A DNA stretch of 32,000 nt from Delftia acidovorans NBRC 14950. GTDB taxonomy: Bacteria; Pseudomonadota; Gammaproteobacteria; Burkholderiales; Burkholderiaceae_C. The position numbers were made by a program, and so were the translations under genes. Positions 9,251 through 17,207 of this stretch are shown piece by piece. Position 1 is the first letter of the stretch, and the number at the start of each line of letters is the position of its first letter. The notes under the pieces are model-generated. The model did not search any database and was not told the origin of the DNA. It worked only from the letters and a program-made list of their open reading frames with translations. Location of the stretch: the NCBI RefSeq assembly GCF_001598795.1, contig NZ_BCZP01000007.1, forward strand, positions 120,001 through 152,000. The letters are read 5' to 3'.

Positions 9251-9527
9251 GCCTCACCCACGTGGCTTGCTCATCTCCTTGTTCTGGTCGTACGTGAAGC
9301 TCTTGCGCATCGGGTCCGCGACATAGGATGCGCTCTCAAGCTGGCACGTATCCGGCTCGCGATGGGTGGCGCCCAATGCTGACTGTCGGCTTCCCGGTGC
9401 AGTCAAGAATTCACCCTCCCGGCCACAGCCATCCATACGCCCGGGCCGGTAAAATCGGGCCTGTAGCGGACGCCTGCTCTTAGCCTCCAGCTAGCAAGTA
9501 GCTATCAAACAAGAAAACCGAGGAAAT

Positions 9528-10034
9528 ATGCGACGTAGCTTGTACACGCTAGCCTTTCTATGCCTTTTTATGGGGGCAACTAGCGTAAGTGCTGAAGTTG
9601 TCGAGCTTCAGAATGTGAAGATTGAAGTACCCACCGGCTGGACCACGATGCCTTCCGCCAGTACTCGCTCAATTCGGCTAAGAGGACCAGGTGGCAAGGT
9701 TGAGATTACCGTTGTCGTTCACAACCATGGCGCGTCGTCGGATGGTGATATCGAGCAACTTGCCAAGCGTTTTTTGGAAGCCGAAACACAAGCTTTCGCA
9801 AGGACTGCAAGGGAAAGCGGCCTGTCAGTTTCACATCAGACTGCGAACGTCGGCAAGGAAGCCAGCCGGTGGCAACTGAAAAGCTCGCGCGGCCTGAGTA
9901 ACGGCATGGAGCTTCGTGGGATTACTACCTTTGAAGCGGGTCGCGCCATCTCCATCGGTGCCGAATCGAAAAGCGCCGGACAATCCGAATTGGACATTGC
10001 AGTTCGGCTTGTAGCGAGCCAGATTGGCACTTGA
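9528..10034 (+). CDS. Hypothetical secreted protein (168 aa)
   Basis: RBS gaggaaat before the ATG. Signal peptide MRRSLYTLAFLCLFMGATSVSA/EV. About 47% G+C in a sampled 60-nt line, against much higher flanks. I recognise no family. Confidence 0.65.
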   Translation: MRRSLYTLAFLCLFMGATSVSAEVVELQNVKIEVPTGWTTMPSASTRSIRLRGPGGKVEITVVVHNHGASSDGDIEQLAKRFLEAETQAFARTARESGLSVSHQTANVGKEASRWQLKSSRGLSNGMELRGITTFEAGRAISIGAESKSAGQSELDIAVRLVASQIGT

Positions 10035-10170
10035 GCGATAGCTTGGCGACGCCGAAAAGCACCGCAAACCCCTCGGTTGAACGGCGGCTTCCGAGAGCAT
10101 CAGACAGTCGCTATGGGTCGAAACCACCAGTACAGATGGCGGGAAAGCGGTCGAGGGCGTAGCAAATGCC

Positions 10171-10302
10171 AGAGCGTGTTATGCACTTTCAAGTACCCGC
10201 ATTGGCTCTGCGCGCAGAGCCAGCCCGAAGGGAAAGCCGGGGGCACCTAGCCGGGCAAGGGGCCAGGCTTTCGCGGGCACCTAAAAGTTCACAACACGCT
10301 CT
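10171..10302. repeat. 132-bp MITE/REP-like element bounded by 19-bp imperfect inverted repeats, with a central perfect palindrome
   Basis: Left arm AGAGCGTGTTATGCACTTT (10171-10189) matches the reverse complement of 10284-10302 (AGAGCGTGTTGTGAACTTT) at 17/19 positions. Inside are a 20-bp perfect palindrome TGGCTCTGCGCGCAGAGCCA (10203-10222) and the direct repeat GGGCACCTA (10241-10249 and 10275-10283). Confidence 0.55.
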
Positions 10303-10709
10303 AAGTCACTGAAGCCCTGTGACCAACGTACACCGGACAGCCATCGTTGCAGCAAATCCGGCCCACGAGCTGAACAGCCGCTCCTGGCGAGCAGCCTGAA
10401 TGCACTTGGCCGCATCCATCGCCAGCAACCGCTGCAAAGCCGACGCCGGGAACCTCCCAATGAACGCCCGAAAAGGGTCGATACGAGCCAACTGGGACAC
10501 GCGGAATCGGTCCTTCAAGCTGATACGCGGCGAACCGAGCAATCGACTGGCTACTCCCAAGGATGAAGCGGTCGTTCAAGACCGTCGTATGCGCCTGGCG
10601 AACTCATCTGCACCATTCGAGACCGCTCGCATGTCTTGGAGAAGTGGGCCGCCACGGCGCCTTCGGCAGAATGGCGTCTTGCAACAGAAGCGAAGCTGCC
10701 CATACGAAG

Positions 10710-11051
10710 ATGACCAACTGCCTATACGAAGTTCCAGTACGTGTGCTCAATCACGAAGGCTGCGGGCTGCCAGAAGAGTTTGCGGGTGCTGTGATCACTT
10801 GCTATGTATCAGCATCTGACCCATTGTCGGCGGTCAAGCGCGCCAAGCTAGCAGTCGAGAAGCTCAGCTATGTATTCGATGACTTGGCATCTGACCAAAT
10901 TCGAGAGCTGGACATCGGCGGATGGGACAAGTACGTTCGTCAAGCTTGGCCTGAAGCCGTTGCCGATATGCCGCTGCAGAGCGAGCTTCCAGCCCTTGTC
11001 GAGCGTGGCGTTGTCCTCTTGGGTCCAGCAATAGGATTCTTGAATCGTTAG
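10710..11051 (+). CDS. Hypothetical cytoplasmic protein (113 aa)
   Basis: Internal ATG of track ORF 10563..11051. MTNCLYEVPVRVLNHEGCGLPEEFAGAVITCYVSASDPLSAVKRAKLAVEKLSYVFDDL... has balanced, protein-like composition, whereas the codons upstream of it are R/H/C-rich. No family recognised. Confidence 0.45.
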   Translation: MTNCLYEVPVRVLNHEGCGLPEEFAGAVITCYVSASDPLSAVKRAKLAVEKLSYVFDDLASDQIRELDIGGWDKYVRQAWPEAVADMPLQSELPALVERGVVLLGPAIGFLNR

Positions 11052-11150
11052 GGACGGTCTGCACAACACACGCATTAACGAACGGATGCGCTGAACTCAT
11101 TGCTCCGCAATACGGCCGAAGCCTGCTCCTTCTCATTTCACGTGCCTGCA

Positions 11151-11347
11151 TCACCGGATTGGCGACCCGCTTGACCTGACCGCGCCACTGGTGCCGCGCA
11201 CCGGATGAACCCAGCCAGATTCAACGTCCACTCTGATGTGGCACTTCATGCCGAAGTAACACCGCTGCCCTTTGTGGCGTTGCTTCATCTGCGGGTCGCT
11301 TTCGCCACTGCTGTTCTTGGTCGAACTGGGCGCGGCAAACCGGTCAA
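11151..11347 (-). pseudogene. IS5-family transposase, internal fragment
   Basis: The minus strand reads VDRFAAPSSTKNSSGESDPQMKQRHKGQRCYFGMKCHIRVDVESGWVHPVRGTSGAV. This parallels the conserved IS5 block VDATIIEAPSSTKNK...RDPEMHQTKKGNQW.FGMKAHIGVDA.SGL.H....TAAN. Both the N- and C-terminal parts of the transposase are missing. Confidence 0.65.
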
Positions 11348-11443
11348 CGCAACACACTCATCAAACATCTCAGCAGATGTTCTGAACCCCAGCGTCTTCC
11401 TGGGACGCTGGTTCAACTGCCTTGCAATCGCATCTGGTAACGG
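11345..11443 (-). pseudogene. Second IS30-family transposase fragment (extreme C-terminus), fused to the IS5 fragment
   Basis: The minus strand reads PLPDAIARQLNQRPRKTLGFRTSAEMFDECVAL, matching the IS30 C-terminal LN.RPRK.LG..TP.E.F block. It differs in sequence from the fragment at 9020-9250. It runs straight into the IS5 fragment in another frame. Confidence 0.55.
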
Positions 11444-11465
11444 TGCATGCGGGCCCTCAATGTGT

Positions 11466-11816
11466 TCAGGTCCCAGACGCACTTTCGGGCGCGTCAGCCT
11501 CGGCAAGAAGGAACACCTTTGTACCAATAGGAACGTCTTCCTTCCGAAAGTCCTTCGGAAGAAGAATGGGGGCCGTGATGACAGCGGGGCGTGGTCGAGG
11601 CCCAAAGTTCAGCATCTCCAGCCCGCAGATGTGCGTATCCTGCACAGTTCCATCTGCCAGTTCCAGACGAATCGGCGTTCCAACCTTCACGGATGGCCCA
11701 CCGGTTGCCGCAGCAGGGCCAGGTACCAGGATGCACCCACGTCCTGTGATCTGGAAGGCATCTTCAACGATGAATAGAAGGTTCACGGCCTTCGATGGTA
11801 CGCGTGAAACTCGCAC
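11466..11816 (-). CDS. Stand-alone EF-Tu domain-2-like beta-barrel protein (about 105-116 aa)
   Basis: AVNLLFIVEDAFQITGRGCILVPG...SVKVGTPIRLELADGTVQDTHICGLEMLNFG...ILLPKDFRKEDVPIGTKVFL aligns by eye with E. coli EF-Tu domain 2 ([56 protein letters not shown]...VLLRGIKREEIERGQVLA). There is no GTPase domain. The start is a GTG at 11816 (AGGAAG 10 nt upstream) or a downstream GTG. Confidence 0.55.
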   Translation of the reverse strand: MRVSRVPSKAVNLLFIVEDAFQITGRGCILVPGPAAATGGPSVKVGTPIRLELADGTVQDTHICGLEMLNFGPRPRPAVITAPILLPKDFRKEDVPIGTKVFLLAEADAPESASGT

Positions 11817-12056
11817 TAAGCGCTTGCTTCCTGTACGAAGCTGCTTGCAGAGGCTGGAAGCGGACCGCGAGCCAGCTTTACCGTGCGATGGGCGATGGGC
11901 TCAGGCCATCGCTCACATCACTCAGCGCCGGCCTTGAGCGTTCAGGTAGACAATCCATGAGTCTAAGTTCGGCGTCTAAAAGTCCATCACAGCAACGGAG
12001 CCACCAAACGGATAAGGTTCCACCTCACGATTACCAAGACGCCGGAAGACAAACCA

Positions 12057-12350
12057 ATGATTGCCAACATTTTTCTCATCAGCATCATCGTTGTTGCCTT
12101 GGTTTTATTTTCCAGAGATCGCTACAACCACCGACGCGCTCTCAAGGTTGAGACAAGTTGGACATGCTTTCGATGTGGTGTCGAGCTTGGCCCCATGCAA
12201 TCCGTTTTCATCAAAGTCGCCGGGGCAACCGCAGGAACCAAGGCCAGAGTCTGCGAGCGCTGCGCAAAGCGCGACGTTCACATTTGGTGGACTATCGCAG
12301 CAGCATTGGGAATGCTGTTCGTCATCACGGTTTTCTTTTTGCTTGCCTAA
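12057..12350 (+). CDS. Small membrane protein with a 4-Cys zinc-ribbon loop (97 aa)
   Basis: GGAAG lies 8 nt upstream of the ATG. TM1 is IANIFLISIIVVALVLFS. The loop carries CFRC ... CERC (two CxxC pairs about 34 residues apart). TM2 is IWWTIAAALGMLFVITVFFLLA. The region is low in G+C. Confidence 0.6.
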   Translation: MIANIFLISIIVVALVLFSRDRYNHRRALKVETSWTCFRCGVELGPMQSVFIKVAGATAGTKARVCERCAKRDVHIWWTIAAALGMLFVITVFFLLA

Positions 12351-12427
12351 AATTCGCTGAATTCCGAGGCTGCTGCACGGCAGGCTTTGGCGTGAGACAC
12401 GCGCAAGACTGCCCAGGGTCGGACACA

Positions 12428-12596
12428 GACTGCAATGCCCGAGCCTGCGGCAACTCGGAAATCTCTGCCGTGTAATGTGGAGAGCGCCGTTCCTGGCCCA
12501 TGCTCCAGGACTGTGTTGCCCAGCTTGCCCCGTGCGGGCCACACGCACGGCGCCCTTCCCAAAGCGGCTATTGATAGTGTCCATGGCACGCATCAC
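12428..12596 (-). pseudogene. Y-family DNA polymerase (UmuC-like) 3' fragment, frameshifted
   Basis: The minus strand reads VMRAMDTINSRFGKGAVRVARTGQAGQ and, in a shifted frame, MGQERRSPHYTAEISELPQARA. Compare the E. coli UmuC C-terminus LMTVMDTLNAKEGRGTLYFAGQGIQQQWQMQRAMLSPRYTTRSSDLLRVK. No upstream polymerase domains are present. Confidence 0.65.
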
Positions 12597-12919
12597 CCTG
12601 CTGCGGACCCAGACGAGACCCATGCGTCTTGGCCCAACGCTGTGTTTCTGCATGCCGCCCCTGCAACGCCTAACATCTTGACACGCTTTAGGACTGCAAA
12701 GTGTCCACTCACATCCGAAAACCTTGGAACACTCTGCGCCACGCGCCGAAGAGCGAGGCAGTTCGTTGCCACGCCCCGGCCGCCGCCTGAAAGCACGCAA
12801 TGCACCCCACACCACAGGCTGCAGCCTCCACGCTGCAGCCGCCCGACCGCGCGCCCGCGAACTCCTTGCCTGCCTGCGCAGAGCCCGGCCATCTCGGCCA
12901 CGAAGCCAGGAGTTCCTTG

Positions 12920-14704
12920 ATGCCCCCCGCCATGGCCGCCTCCCTGGCGGCCGCCCTGCTGGTGGCCTGCGGGGGCGGTGGGGGCGATACGGCACCCGGT
13001 ACCGGCAATGGAGGCAACGGCGGCACGGGCACCGGCCCTGGCGGCGGAACCGGTACCGGTACGGGCACCACGGCCACCCCCGCCAGCGACGAGGAAGCCG
13101 CGCGTTTCCTGCTGCAGGCGCAGTTCTCGGCCACCGACGAGGAGATCGCAGCGCTGCGCGCCAAGGGCTACGGTCCCTGGCTGGCCGAGCAGTTCGCGCT
13201 GCCCGTGGACACCACGGGCACGGCCTGGCTGACGCAGCGCGGCTACGGCGTGGCAGAGGCCGGCACGCGCTACGACAACGTCTCGTATCCCTCCGACTTC
13301 ATGCTCTGGAGCCAGCTTTTCACGGAGCGCGACGCCGTGCGCAAGCGTGTGGCATTGGCGCTGTCGGAGATCATGGTCGTGTCCACCACGGGGCTGGAGC
13401 AGCCCTGGAGCATCTTCCTGGCCTCCGGCTACTGGGATCTGCTGAACCAGCATGCCTTCGGCAACTTCCGCACACTGTTGGAGGCCGTTACGCTCAGCCC
13501 GGCCATGGGCATCTACCTGAGCACGCGCGGCAACCAGAAGGAAGACGCCCGCAGCGGCCGCCAGCCCGACGAGAACTACGCCCGCGAGGTGATGCAGCTG
13601 TTCACCATCGGCCTCTACCGCCTCAACCCCGACGGCACCGAGCAGCGCGACGGCAGCGGCAACCGCATCGACACCTATTCGGCAGCCGACGTGAGCAACC
13701 TGGCGCGCGTCTTCACCGGCTACGACTACGACACCAGCAAGAACCAGCCCACCAACCTGAGCGGCAGCACGGTGACGGGGCTGCAGCAGGCGCTGCTGCC
13801 CATGGCCTTCAACGCCGCGCGCCATTCCACGCTGGCCGCCACTTTCCTGGGCACCACCGTGGCTGCGGGCACGTCGGGGCCAGCGGCGCTGAAGGCGGCG
13901 CTGGACACGCTGTTCAACCACCCCAACGTCGGGCCCTTCATCGGGCGACAGCTGATCCAGCGCCTGGTCACCAGCAACCCCAGCCCCGCCTATGTGGGGC
14001 GCGTGGCCGCCGCCTTCGCCGACAACGGCAGCGGCACGCGGGGCGACCTGCGCGCCGTGATCGCCACCGTGCTGCTGGACCCGGAGGCGCGCGGCGCGGC
14101 AGGGCTTGCCAGCCCCCAGTACGGCCGCCTGCGCGAGCCCATGGTGCGCTTCGTGCAATGGGGCCGCACCTTCGGGCTGCGGTCGGCACGCGGCACCTGG
14201 AAGATCGACAACCTGAGCGACCCGGCCACCCGCCTGGGCCAGAGCCCGCTGCGCTCGGGCTCGGTGTTCAACTTCTTCCGCCCGGGCTACGTGCCGCCCT
14301 CCACGCCCCTGGCCACGACGGGGCAGGTGGCGCCGGAGTTCCAGATCGTCACCGAAACCAGCGTGAGCGGCTACCTGAACTTCATGCAGAACGTGATCCG
14401 CTTCGGCTACTACGTGAACGCGCCAGACCTGCCCCAGGGCGGCAGCAGCGCGGCCAACGGCTTCGACATCACCTGCAGCTACGCCAACCTGCTGCCCCTG
14501 GTGGCCGACGCCGCCGCGCTGGTGCGCAAGGTGGCGCTGCTGCTGTCGGCAGGGCAGGTATCGGCCGCCACACAGGCGCGCATCGTGGCAGCGCTCAATG
14601 CCACGCCGGTGACGGCCACCAGCAACGCCGCCACCCAGCTCAACCGCGTGGCAGCCGCCGTGCTGCTGGTGATGGCCAGCCCCGAATATCTGGTGCAGAA
14701 GTGA
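12920..14704 (+). CDS. DUF1800 family lipoprotein
   Basis: AGGAG RBS precedes the ATG at 12920. Lipobox MPPAMAASLAAALLVAC/GG, then a G/T-rich low-complexity linker (GTGNGGNGGTGTGPGGGTGTGTGTTATP). The body carries EEAARFLLQAQFSATDEEIAALRAKGYGPWLAEQF and HPNVGPFIGRQLIQRLVTSNPSPAYVGRVAAAF, typical of DUF1800 proteins. The 40 codons upstream in the track ORF are likely non-coding. Confidence 0.85.
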   Translation: MPPAMAASLAAALLVACGGGGGDTAPGTGNGGNGGTGTGPGGGTGTGTGTTATPASDEEAARFLLQAQFSATDEEIAALRAKGYGPWLAEQFALPVDTTGTAWLTQRGYGVAEAGTRYDNVSYPSDFMLWSQLFTERDAVRKRVALALSEIMVVSTTGLEQPWSIFLASGYWDLLNQHAFGNFRTLLEAVTLSPAMGIYLSTRGNQKEDARSGRQPDENYAREVMQLFTIGLYRLNPDGTEQRDGSGNRIDTYSAADVSNLARVFTGYDYDTSKNQPTNLSGSTVTGLQQALLPMAFNAARHSTLAATFLGTTVAAGTSGPAALKAALDTLFNHPNVGPFIGRQLIQRLVTSNPSPAYVGRVAAAFADNGSGTRGDLRAVIATVLLDPEARGAAGLASPQYGRLREPMVRFVQWGRTFGLRSARGTWKIDNLSDPATRLGQSPLRSGSVFNFFRPGYVPPSTPLATTGQVAPEFQIVTETSVSGYLNFMQNVIRFGYYVNAPDLPQGGSSAANGFDITCSYANLLPLVADAAALVRKVALLLSAGQVSAATQARIVAALNATPVTATSNAATQLNRVAAAVLLVMASPEYLVQK

Positions 14705-14755
14705 CCGAACAAGCGACCGAACAGGTGACCGTCTGCAAAGCAAAGCGATATCGCC

Positions 14756-16204
14756 ATGAATTTCATCGACCCCGCCCGCCACACGCGCCGCGCATTCCTG
14801 CGCCGCAGCACGCAACTGGCCGCCGCCGGTACCGCCCTGCCCTTCGCCCTGAATCTTGCCGCGCTGGGCGAGGCCGCCGCCTTCGAGGCGAACGACTACA
14901 AGGCGCTGGTCTGCGTCTTCCTCTACGGCGGCTGCGACTACGCCAACACCGTCGTGCCCTACGACAGCACCCGCTACGGGCAGTACTCCACCATCCGCGG
15001 CGGCAACAGCGACGGCACGGCCGGTGGCATTGCCCTGGCCCGCGCAGCGCTGGGCAATACGCTGCTGCAACCCCGCACGGCGCTGGCCGGTGGCATGCAG
15101 TACGCGCTGCACCCGTCCATGACGGGCCTGGCCGGCCTCTTCAACGCGGGCCGCGCGGCGGTGCAGCTGAACGTCGGCCCGCTGCTGGTGCCGCTCACGC
15201 GGGCCCAATATGCCACCGGCGACCGGCGCAGCTACCCGCTGCCGCCCAAGCTTTTCTCGCACAACGACCAGCAGTCGGTCTGGCAGTCGCAGGGCGCCGA
15301 AGGCTCCACCGTGGGCTGGGGCGGCAACCTGGGCGACCTGGCGCTGTCGTCCAACGCCACGTCGCTCTTCACCTGCATCTCGGCCACGGGCAACGCCGTG
15401 TTTCTCTCGGGCGACCAGGCGCTGCAGTACCAGATCAGCCCGGGCGGCGCCGTGCCCATCAACGCCGTCAAGGGCGCCAACGTCTATGGATCGACCGCCG
15501 TGCGCGGCCTGCTGAGCGAGCTGGTGCAGACGGCCGGCAGCCACGCAATGGAGGCCGAGTACGCCCGCGTCACGCAGCGCTCCATCAGTGCCGAGGGGCA
15601 GATCTCTTCGGCCCTCTCCAGCGGCAGCCTGTCCACCGCCTTCCCTGCCAGCAACCCGCTGGCCGACCAGCTCAAGGTGGTGGCCCGGCTCATCGCCGGA
15701 CGCAACGCGCTGGGCACGCGCCGGCAGGTGTTCTTCGTCTCACTGGGCGGGTTCGACCTGCACGACAACCTGATCGCCAACCAGCCGCAGCTGCTCGACA
15801 AGGTAAGCAGCGCCATGACGGCCTTCTACAACGCCACGGCCGAACTCGGCGTAGCCGACAAGGTCACGGCCTTCACCGCGTCGGACTTCGGCCGCACGCT
15901 GACTTCCAACGGCGACGGCTCGGACCATGGCTGGGGCAGCCACCACTTCGTCGTGGGCGGCGCGGTGCGTGGCGCGTCCTTCTATGGCGCGCCACCGCCC
16001 ATCAGCGTGGGCAACGGCAGCGGCAGCGAAGACCAGTGGCATGTCGGCCAGGGGCGCCTGTTGCCCAGCACCGCCGTGGACCAGTACGCCGCCACCCTGG
16101 CGCGCTGGTTCGGCGTGGCGAATACCGAGCTGGCGGGGGTGCTGCCGCACATCGGCAACTTCGGCGGCTCGGCGTATCCCATCGATCTGGGGTTCATGGG
16201 CTGA
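14756..16204 (+). CDS. DUF1501 family protein (sulfatase/alkaline-phosphatase-like fold), Tat-exported
   Basis: Twin-arginine signal HTRRAFLRRSTQLAAAGTALPFALNLAAL. Also LGGFDLHDN, FTASDFGRTLTSNGDGSDHGWGSHHFVVGGAVRGASFYG. This is the usual partner immediately downstream of a DUF1800 gene. Confidence 0.88.
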   Translation: MNFIDPARHTRRAFLRRSTQLAAAGTALPFALNLAALGEAAAFEANDYKALVCVFLYGGCDYANTVVPYDSTRYGQYSTIRGGNSDGTAGGIALARAALGNTLLQPRTALAGGMQYALHPSMTGLAGLFNAGRAAVQLNVGPLLVPLTRAQYATGDRRSYPLPPKLFSHNDQQSVWQSQGAEGSTVGWGGNLGDLALSSNATSLFTCISATGNAVFLSGDQALQYQISPGGAVPINAVKGANVYGSTAVRGLLSELVQTAGSHAMEAEYARVTQRSISAEGQISSALSSGSLSTAFPASNPLADQLKVVARLIAGRNALGTRRQVFFVSLGGFDLHDNLIANQPQLLDKVSSAMTAFYNATAELGVADKVTAFTASDFGRTLTSNGDGSDHGWGSHHFVVGGAVRGASFYGAPPPISVGNGSGSEDQWHVGQGRLLPSTAVDQYAATLARWFGVANTELAGVLPHIGNFGGSAYPIDLGFMG

Positions 16205-16250
16205 AGCCTTGCTTTTGCGATCGCGGGCTTTGTGGTCAAGGCACGAATGA

Positions 16251-17147
16251 TCAGCCGGGGCCGTCGCTCGCTGCGGCGAGAAGCGGCACCAGTACATCAC
16301 CAATCGGTGTCGGAACTCCGCGCGCCCGGCCGCGGCGCGCGATGACACCGTTGCGGATATCCCATTCGAGCGGCCGGCCTGCTTCACGATCCGCCAGTAT
16401 GGACGTACCCAGGTCGGCCGGGAATGCCTGGAACTTGTCGAGGATCGCCTGGGGGACCTCATCGCCCAGTTCAGCACCTTCGGCGCGTGCGACGGCCAGG
16501 CACTCCCTCAAATAGTCCAGAGTGAGTGTCGAAATGTCGTGCCGGCCGAACATGCCTGAGCGGCGATGCGTGAGTGCCATGAGCCCGGCCGCTGCGTTCT
16601 GCAGCAGCTTTTGCCACGCCAGGGATTTGAAATTCGAAACCAGGTCTACCGAGCATCGGGTGCCTTGCAGTGCCTGCGCGACCACGAGGGCAGCGGCCTC
16701 GTCAGGCAGGCTGATCCGGGCGTCGCTGCGCAGGAGCACCGACCCGTCGGGTTGCGCCTGTGCAGGGAACCACACGACTGCGGGAACGATTCGCCCCTGT
16801 GGGCACAGCGGAGTGACACTCTCCACCTGCTCAACCCCGTTTTGCAGGACACATACCACGGTTTGCGGACCGCTCAACGCCGCCAGCCAATGCGCAACCG
16901 CAGCAGTTTGAGTCGCCTTGACCGCGAGAAAAATGAGGTCCATCGGACCTTCGACCTGGGCCGGATCCGTTCTGACCGGGCCGGGAACCACGATGCGAAG
17001 ACCGCTGCCGTGCAGCGTCAGGCTGTCGCGCGGCATACGACCGCACAGCAACGGCGTGCGACCGACTTCATGCAGCGCAGCAGCAACCGTTGTCCCGATT
17101 GCCCCGGGCCCCAGCACCGCGATGCGTGGATGGGTTGGTTGATTCAC
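16251..17147 (-). CDS. 2-dehydropantoate 2-reductase family oxidoreductase (ApbA/PanE-like)
   Basis: Rossmann N-terminus RIAVLGPGAIGTTVAAALHEVG, with length and layout typical of ketopantoate reductases. The GTG at 17147 is preceded by AAGGAG 9 nt upstream; the ATG at 17195 is an alternative start. It follows the SDR gene on the same strand. Confidence 0.75.
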   Translation of the reverse strand: MNQPTHPRIAVLGPGAIGTTVAAALHEVGRTPLLCGRMPRDSLTLHGSGLRIVVPGPVRTDPAQVEGPMDLIFLAVKATQTAAVAHWLAALSGPQTVVCVLQNGVEQVESVTPLCPQGRIVPAVVWFPAQAQPDGSVLLRSDARISLPDEAAALVVAQALQGTRCSVDLVSNFKSLAWQKLLQNAAAGLMALTHRRSGMFGRHDISTLTLDYLRECLAVARAEGAELGDEVPQAILDKFQAFPADLGTSILADREAGRPLEWDIRNGVIARRGRARGVPTPIGDVLVPLLAAASDGPG

Positions 17148-17207
17148 TGAAACGAGCTCCTTGATTTTGGTGCGCAGCGGCAACTCGGGCACCATTGAAA
17201 GCGGTGA

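Noticed and set aside
9254-9436. 60-aa minus-strand ORF just upstream of the IS30 fragment
   Set aside because: It has no RBS, signal or recognisable motif, and it lies in probable junk between the IS scar and the secreted-protein gene. Evidence is insufficient to call it coding.
10306-10560. 84-aa minus-strand ORF (TTG start) reading ..SLKDRFRVSQLARIDPFRAFIGRFPASALQRLLAMDAAKCIQAARQERLF.., which I suspected might be another transposase or integrase relic
   Set aside because: I could not align it convincingly to IS5, IS30, IS110 or integrase sequences from memory. It overlaps another equally long frame and partly abuts the inverted-repeat element. I left it unannotated; BLASTX or ISfinder would settle it.
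12593-16515. Two very long ORFs in the track (12593..15544 minus, 983 aa; 12724..16515 plus, 1263 aa) overlapping the DUF1800/DUF1501 genes
   Set aside because: Their translations are monotonous R/A/G/P/H-rich strings with no motifs. They are off-frame or antisense to two ORFs with clear family signatures and export signals. This is a typical open-frame artefact of high G+C.
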